A stretch of 64,000 nt of DNA from Minutocellus sp. GHC0000111 (taxonomy: Eukaryota): the NCBI GenBank assembly GCA_977018835.1, contig OZ361257.1, forward strand, positions 5,146,001 through 5,210,000. Direction: 5' to 3'. This document shows, in pieces, positions 57,527 through 64,000 of the stretch (positions are counted from its first letter, which is position 1; every line of letters starts with the position of its first letter). Below the pieces are notes generated by a model. The model was given only the letters and a program-made list of their open reading frames with translations. It was not told the DNA's origin and did not search any database. The position numbers and the translations under genes were made by a program.

Positions 57527-59152
57527 TCAAGTAAGGGCGGGCCCATCCTCGGGAAGCTCGATGGCAAATTTGATACCTTCCCCACCATCAGTCATCAAAC
57601 TCATCGTGGCAACCGATATGGCGAGGCAGGGGCTATTGATGGTAAATTTGTGAGGGATTCTGTAAGATATGGCGGGGAAATCTCCAACCATCTTGATGGA
57701 AGACGTTGGCGATGTTACAATGAGACGGAAAGTAGGCTGCTGCCCCTGTTCGTCACCGTCGTTATCGACAGTGATCAGGGGCGCCATGATCCTGATTGTA
57801 AAGTAAAATGTCTCTCGCTCTTTCGAATAGTACATGCCTGGAAAGACTCGTACCGGTTCTCCATCGGAGTTGAGGGAGTGCCCCCATGTTATGAAACCAA
57901 GCCGGCCTCGAAGCATTCGCTTAATGATCTCATCATTCAGGAGCATCTCGCTGTCTAACCGAGTCGGCGTTGCCTTGGGCAGATGCGTCTCCTTATAATG
58001 CTCCCAGAGCGCATCCCAGGAGACATATTTGGCATCTAAGTCCGCCTTTGCATCGCAAGTCGTGCAAAGGATCGGCTGGCATTCGCAACTGGCTTGATGC
58101 TCAAGTAGATCGGGATACTTCGTTTCCTTGCCGCATCCTTCGAAACGACATCTAACGGTGTGGCTGACCGCCATTTGCTCCAGATGTAAGTTCCTTCCAG
58201 TGAGAGTAATATCGTCGTGACAAAAGGGACAAGTAGGAGAATCCGCTCTCTTCATCCTGTCAAGGCAGTATGAGCACGCGATATGACCCGCGCGACATTG
58301 CTGGATGGGAGGTGGGCATGCCTCATTGCAGAAGTTGCATTGAATCTCTCGAGCCACCATGGCTATGGCGCGAATTCCAGCATCGGCTGCCTCCGTGTCG
58401 GTGGTCTTCCAGTCAAGATCCTCTTTTTTGATGCGCTCTTTGCGCTTGGCGGGAAGCTGACAGTACTGATAGTGCTTGTCGAGATCAGAATGCAGACACT
58501 TGACTCCACACTCTGAGTAGCGGCAAGATACAACGCATTGGGAGGCAATGTTTTCCAATGCCATATTCGTAAAGAGAGCCCCAGTGAGAGCAACGTCGCA
58601 TGTAGGACACTTTGGTTCCTTGGCCTTCTTGAGACCAATCAAACAAGACTTGCAGATCAAATGCCCATTGGCGCATGACTCCATCGGTGTGGGCACAGAA
58701 TGCGGCAGCTTGCAGCACTGCAAACGCTCCGCTATTTCCTTCATAATGGGATCCCTCGGACCTGTGGCATTAGGCTGCTTTTGATCGTCGTTGGCGGCCT
58801 TGTCTTCGGAATCGTCCCAGGCCTGGTCCATTTTGACCTTTGCCATGTCAGTTGCAATGTCTTCGTCGTTGGCATCGTCAGCATCGTCAGTGGCGTCATC
58901 TTTCACTGTAGATGCCTCAGCCTCGGCATCGGCGTCATTTTCTGCACTCTTTTCGCCCGGCTTGGGCCCCGATTCTTCTGCAATATCCTCAGTAGTCGTA
59001 GTCTCGGGCGCGGGTGCATCCGAAGGCGCCCCCTTGTCTTCATCAATGGTTCCGCCCAGATCAACTTCCTCGGCATCGAGAACATCGAGCCCACCGGCAC
59101 TTGAGTGCAGGCCTTCGTCGTCCTTGCTGTCAGTAGCCATCAAGCTGGACAT
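57527..59152 (-). CDS. SINA/SIAH-like E3 ubiquitin ligase with two RING + Zn-finger modules
   Basis: CANGHLICKSC...CPTC...NMALE...CRYSECG and CRAGHIACSYC...CPFC...NLHLE...CRFEGCG. Confidence 0.8.
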   Translation of the reverse strand: MSSLMATDSKDDEGLHSSAGGLDVLDAEEVDLGGTIDEDKGAPSDAPAPETTTTEDIAEESGPKPGEKSAENDADAEAEASTVKDDATDDADDANDEDIATDMAKVKMDQAWDDSEDKAANDDQKQPNATGPRDPIMKEIAERLQCCKLPHSVPTPMESCANGHLICKSCLIGLKKAKEPKCPTCDVALTGALFTNMALENIASQCVVSCRYSECGVKCLHSDLDKHYQYCQLPAKRKERIKKEDLDWKTTDTEAADAGIRAIAMVAREIQCNFCNEACPPPIQQCRAGHIACSYCLDRMKRADSPTCPFCHDDITLTGRNLHLEQMAVSHTVRCRFEGCGKETKYPDLLEHQASCECQPILCTTCDAKADLDAKYVSWDALWEHYKETHLPKATPTRLDSEMLLNDEIIKRMLRGRLGFITWGHSLNSDGEPVRVFPGMYYSKERETFYFTIRIMAPLITVDNDGDEQGQQPTFRLIVTSPTSSIKMVGDFPAISYRIPHKFTINSPCLAISVATMSLMTDGGEGIKFAIELPEDGPALT

Positions 59153-59630
59153 ATTCAAAAGATTGGTTCGTAGTACGGGAGAGTTCTATGCATTGTGGCT
59201 TGAATTCTCGGGTACTATTATTAGGACTTCCTACTACCTAGCCTAGGTACGGCGGATGTGCGCGTTGGCGCGTTGGTCCCGATTTTAGATTGATCCCGCG
59301 ATCCAATCTTCGGTGGCGATGCATGCTGCTGCAATGCGCCCGCCAAAAGGGAAAATGGTGGTGCACCGATCCCTCTGATGGTCAATTGGCTGCAAAGAGT
59401 TGGAACAACTGAAATTAAATAGGAACCGAGAAGTGCGCATATGTCGCGTCAAACAATTTTGAATTTTGCAGCGAGAAAGATCATGACACCTGATGGGCGG
59501 GCTACATCAGTGTTGGAGCTAACAGAACTCCAGGCTACTTTTGGCCGACATTACAAGTGCGACGGCACCAACATATCATCGAGAATTCGCCGCCGCTACT
59601 TTCAATCGATTTGCCCTTTGCATATAAACC

Positions 59631-60272
59631 ATGATCACCAAGGCTGAGCCTGCCGCCACCAGTGGAACTCTCTCTGTTCTCGAAAGTGTTGTGTCAAAGG
59701 TCGAGAGGGCCACCGACTACATTGCCGATGCCGTGCTTGGGTCTGACGATGACGACGATGAGAGAGAGCCGGACGACTGTTCTGTCGGTTCTGATGGCTC
59801 CAATGATTCCAATGGTTCTGGTGGTTTCAGTTGTGGATCTGCGACTTGTGGTTCCATCGATGATGCAAGCGTAGACACGCTCACTCTGGCCGATCAGCAA
59901 GAATACATGTATGTCATCGAGAAGCCACTACACGCCAAAAACAGAATCAAGGTTGATGACGAGGCCGCCACTACACACAAGCCCGAGGCGTCTACGATCG
60001 GCAGTATTACCCTTATTCCCTTCGTTATTGAGAAGCCCGGTCTTTTGGGAATCCAGATCAAAGGTGTAACTGCCAACAACTTCGCTTATGTGGTAGATGT
60101 GCCGCATGCGTGCACATCCTGCAAGGAACTTCGCCCAGGCGATGTTCTCGCACCTTACCAGCAGGGCTACACTGAACGCCCAAAGCCATGCACTCTTGCC
60201 GAATTCACATATCTTCTTGTGTCGAACAAACGCCCTCTTCGTTTTGTCGCCATTCGTTCCAGCAATATGTAA
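59631..60272 (+). CDS. Protein with C-terminal PDZ-like segment (paralog 1)
   Basis: LGIQI...ELRPGDVL...RPLRFVAIR. Confidence 0.7.
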   Translation: MITKAEPAATSGTLSVLESVVSKVERATDYIADAVLGSDDDDDEREPDDCSVGSDGSNDSNGSGGFSCGSATCGSIDDASVDTLTLADQQEYMYVIEKPLHAKNRIKVDDEAATTHKPEASTIGSITLIPFVIEKPGLLGIQIKGVTANNFAYVVDVPHACTSCKELRPGDVLAPYQQGYTERPKPCTLAEFTYLLVSNKRPLRFVAIRSSNM

Positions 60273-60967
60273 TTTTAAGTTATTTCAAATGGGGAAAGTG
60301 AGGGCTGGCAGTGCCACTGCAGCATGGATGTGCCACAATTGGATCCGCATGGACTGTACGAGACGAGTAACAAAGTCTCTAAAATGGTGATGTTGTAAAA
60401 TAAAATGAAATGATAAATTAATTGATGTAGATCTACCACTTGTATCGTGCATATGCATTCACCATGCCAGCGGCGCATTGTTGCCTTGCACTGCCACGGG
60501 ATACTGAATTTCTCTCTCGCCGATAAGATCCCCAAGAGAGCTGATGGGTGGAAGCAAGGAAGCACGAAGAAATCAATCTCCTCTCATTGATCCCGAATTA
60601 CGTACATGTTGGTCCCGATTCATTTTGAGTAAGCAGCCCATCTCTAAGGAGGTGGCACTAATATAGACTAAAACTAGTGACCAGAGCAGCAAGCAGATGG
60701 CACACTGGCGCACCGACCATCTGATGGTCAAATAGGAATGTTCGAGCAATGAATGAATGTAAGTGCGCGCAAAGGATTTGAAGTGCTAAGCAAGAACGTT
60801 CCCCACCAGCAGCCGAACCGGCGTCCGCTGCTACCAGAACTTGGAAGCCAGCGCTCAACGGCATCGGCGCCACTGCACTCATCCTACTTTGGGTTTTCCT
60901 CCTCGTGCTACGTAGTAGTATCCGAACCATTTATTTTGAGCAATTGAATCGATACACGACGCCGTAC

Positions 60968-61595
60968 ATGATCATCAAGACCGAACCTGAAGCAGGGGGC
61001 GGTATTTGACTTTGACGGTGTGGTTTCGAGGGTCGAGCAGTTCACCAACTACATTGCAGATGCCGTCTTTGGATTCGAGAATGTAGAAACCTACAAAACG
61101 GGAAGAAGAAAATATTCCGCAAGGTCCAAGGCTGTCGGTGATGATGACGATACTTACAGTTACGTGAGCCATGTTAGCTGTGGATCTGTTAGTTGTGTTT
61201 CTAGTATAGCAACACCAACTGTGGTCGATCGGCGGGATTCTGGAGGGATTATGGAAAGATACACTTCGGAGAATGTAAGGGCTGGCGACGAGGTAGACAC
61301 AAGAGACGAATCAGCACCTTCTATCATTCTTGTCCCCTTCATTGCTGAGCAGTGCGAGCTCCTGGCCATCAAAGTGAACAGCATGGCAACCAGCAATTTT
61401 GCTTATGTAGTGGATGTGCCGCCCACCGTTATTGGCCGCTGCAAGGAACTGCGTCCGGGAGATGTAATCGCACCCTATCAGCCGGATTCAAAAGAACGAC
61501 CGACGCCGTTTACGCTCGCTGAGTATGCTGATTTTGTGATGTCGTCAAAGACGAGACCCCTTCGTTTCGTTATTTTACGAAGTGCCACAATGTGA
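60968..61595 (+). pseudogene. Tandem paralog 2 of the PDZ-like gene, +1 G frameshift at 60995-60999
   Basis: ATG 60968 (MIIKTEP, cf. MITKAEP) joins the main frame only if one G is removed. Confidence 0.6.
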
Positions 61596-61694
61596 ATCGA
61601 ATCAATACATGATAAATAGAATTCTAGAGTAGAAGCCAAAAAAATATAATTATTCAAAGAATCAATGACATGGAATTGTACCATGGTATTGAAA

Positions 61695-64000
61695 TCATTG
61701 CTTCTTTGGGCTTTCTAGATCATACAGCACAGCTTGGCTCGCTCGTTTCTGAAAGCTGATACTCTTCATACCGTCGAGCATTCGAGACACTGAAGATCTC
61801 TTGCCGTCACTACTAGTATCCTGCTTTTGACCTTCATGCTGGCCTGGGTGCGAATGCGTGGCACAGAACTCAATATTATGCAATTCCTCTTCTGTCTCCT
61901 CTAGATACTTACGGGCCTCTTTTTCGTGCAATATGCCAGCAGCCTGCAATCTTTCTGCATCTCTTGCTATCTTATTCAAGAGAATAGCACAAAAAAGGTG
62001 AGATATGAGAATGCAAACATCCTGAGGGTCGAAGGACCGTAGCAAATCCTCGGCCATCGCTACCTGCTTCTCACTTTCGAATAAAACAAGCTTTGCTCTC
62101 TCGGTAAGATTTTCATCCTGAATCTCCCCATCACATAATTCCTGGTAAAACTTTTCTTGTGCATGGCGATGTGCTTCGATGAAAGCGAGAGATCGATACA
62201 CATCAAACCGTAGAGCTCTGTAGGACGCGGTGTTCCCTCTCTCACCGCGCTTGTACTCCTCCTTTCGAGGGCGGAGGATTCTCCTAGCGGCGAGATCCAT
62301 TTTATCGATCCAAGCCACCTCGGCAATAGCGGTCGCTTCAAACCCTTGAAGCCCGTGGCCTCTGATGACAAGATCTGCGGCAAAATCTTAACTCTGCAAA
62401 AGAGCGAAATATAAAGCACCATCTTCTTGGCGCGCATCAAGCTCTCCTTTCTCTACCTGCCTCTCAAACGATGCCCTCACCATATCAATGAAGGAGAGTC
62501 GAAGTTCATTCGTCAGTTTGATAGAGTCTACTTCTCCTTCACCTTTGGGCTGCACGTGGTCATTCTCGTCAATATCGTAATCCCCAAGTCCATTGCTCAT
62601 ATAGACATCTTCGGCGACTGAATGGCTGCTATATTCGTTAGCCCAAATTTTGTCGTCGTCATTTTCCTCTTCTGATTGGATGTATGATAGAACGTTTTTC
62701 AGATGAGGGGCCTTGTACGATGATGCTGCGACCTTATCCTTGTTTCGTTCAACCGCTTTGCGAAGATCTTCAACAGTCAACTCTTTCAATTCTGGAACGT
62801 GGTGTCTAATGACTGCAAAATCAGCATGTCGGAACTGCGATGTAAAAGAAGAAGCAAGATAGCATTTGAATGGATAAGCTTGTCACTTGAAGCATCAAAC
62901 AATGAAACAAAAGATCATGACTCCTTCCCTCGCATACTCACGCGAGGATCCGTCAGGAGATGAACAAAGTCATCGAGCATTCGGTGATAGTATATGGTCT
63001 CAAATCGCTTTACCACACGTTCGCGTGTTTCCGTCGGCTTCGCAAGGCCGAGTCTTCTCAAGAGAGGTCCGGCGAGAGTACCATTAATCCATAGAGTGAG
63101 AAATGCTATTCCCCCAACATGGCCGAACAAGGTAGATGTGTTGTCTCGGGCAACGACATCCTCTTCCGTGGTTGCGGAAAATACCTCGTTGTCAAGAGAC
63201 ACTGCAAAAGCAATACCAACAGCACCTCTAAGACCCGAGTAGCTGACGAATAACGCCTCTTCCCAGCGCCAACCAAGGCCAATTCTCGATAAAAGAGGAT
63301 AGAAAACGGTCACAAGAAAGAATTGAATGACATTGATCAAAAGATAAAGCAAGAAGAGGAAACTCCAATCCTTGGAGTGAAATTTTGCAATGCGATCGTC
63401 CGAGTTGCTAATGGCATTTCCCCACACAATTCCTCCCAACGTGAACAGTACTGTGTTCAGAATGTGCTCAACCAAATGCCAAAACGATTCCATTAGTGAA
63501 CGTGAATTAATCATTCCTCCTCCGAAAGTTGCCGCCGTTATTCCTGTGAGTACAACACTTATGACACCGCTCATTCCAAGTGTGATCTCGGCAGTGTAGA
63601 AAGAAAGATACGCAACAGTAGCTGTAGTTGCCACCTGAACAACATTCTCTTCAAGATCAAGTCTTCTATTGAGATGGAATAGAAGGGCGACCAGACCAAG
63701 ACCAAAGGCGATACCAACCGCAGCACCCCCCAGGCTCATGCGAAAAAATAGAGCAAAACCCTCCGCAACAGAATAAGTTTCTCCCAGTCCAATCCCAAGC
63801 CCACGAAGCCAAATGTTTGAGAAGATCGTATAGAAAACAACTGCACTTCCATCGTTGAGCATGCTCTCCCCCGAAATGTGCATTTTCAATCGAGGTGGCG
63901 CCCCGACCTCTTTGAGAAGGGCGGCAACAGCAGCGGGATCTGTGGCAGATAGGATTGAACCAAACGTCATGCAAAGCATCCACGGCCAGTCATAAGGAAA
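61695..64000 (-). pseudogene. CPA1 Na+/H+ antiporter (SOS1/NhaP-like), 5' end outside window; intron 62941-62835; in-frame TAA
   Basis: SATDPAAV, GESMLNDG, SGLRGAVG; TAA 62390-88 reads LLQS*DFAADLV in frame to 61695. Confidence 0.8.

Overview
Eukaryotic, gene-dense window with GT-AG introns, most likely a diatom/ochrophyte nuclear genome (several proteins carry signal peptide + 'A|F' bipartite plastid presequences). About 37 protein genes or gene remnants, one Tc1/mariner DNA transposon with TIRs and TA duplication, and a long (CA)n microsatellite. Main observations: (1) roughly 14 genes carry inactivating lesions (in-frame TAA/TGA/TAG with the protein continuing in frame, 1-4 bp frameshifts, truncations) while their neighbours are intact. 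This suggests a decaying duplicated haplotype/homeologous segment, although assembly error may explain some lesions. (2) A selenoprotein S-like gene ending GG-UGA-GR-stop with a SECIS-like hairpin. (3) A box C/D snoRNA in the IMPDH intron whose guide matches the LSU rRNA site equivalent to yeast G2395. (4) A mariner-type transposase with DD38D spacing. (5) A fungal-like NTF2/SnoaL gene. (6) Two families of short palindromes, one at gene 3' ends (TAGCTACGTAGCTA / TAGATCTA) and one at promoters (CGTACG). Family assignments come from recognising motifs by eye; no database searches were run.
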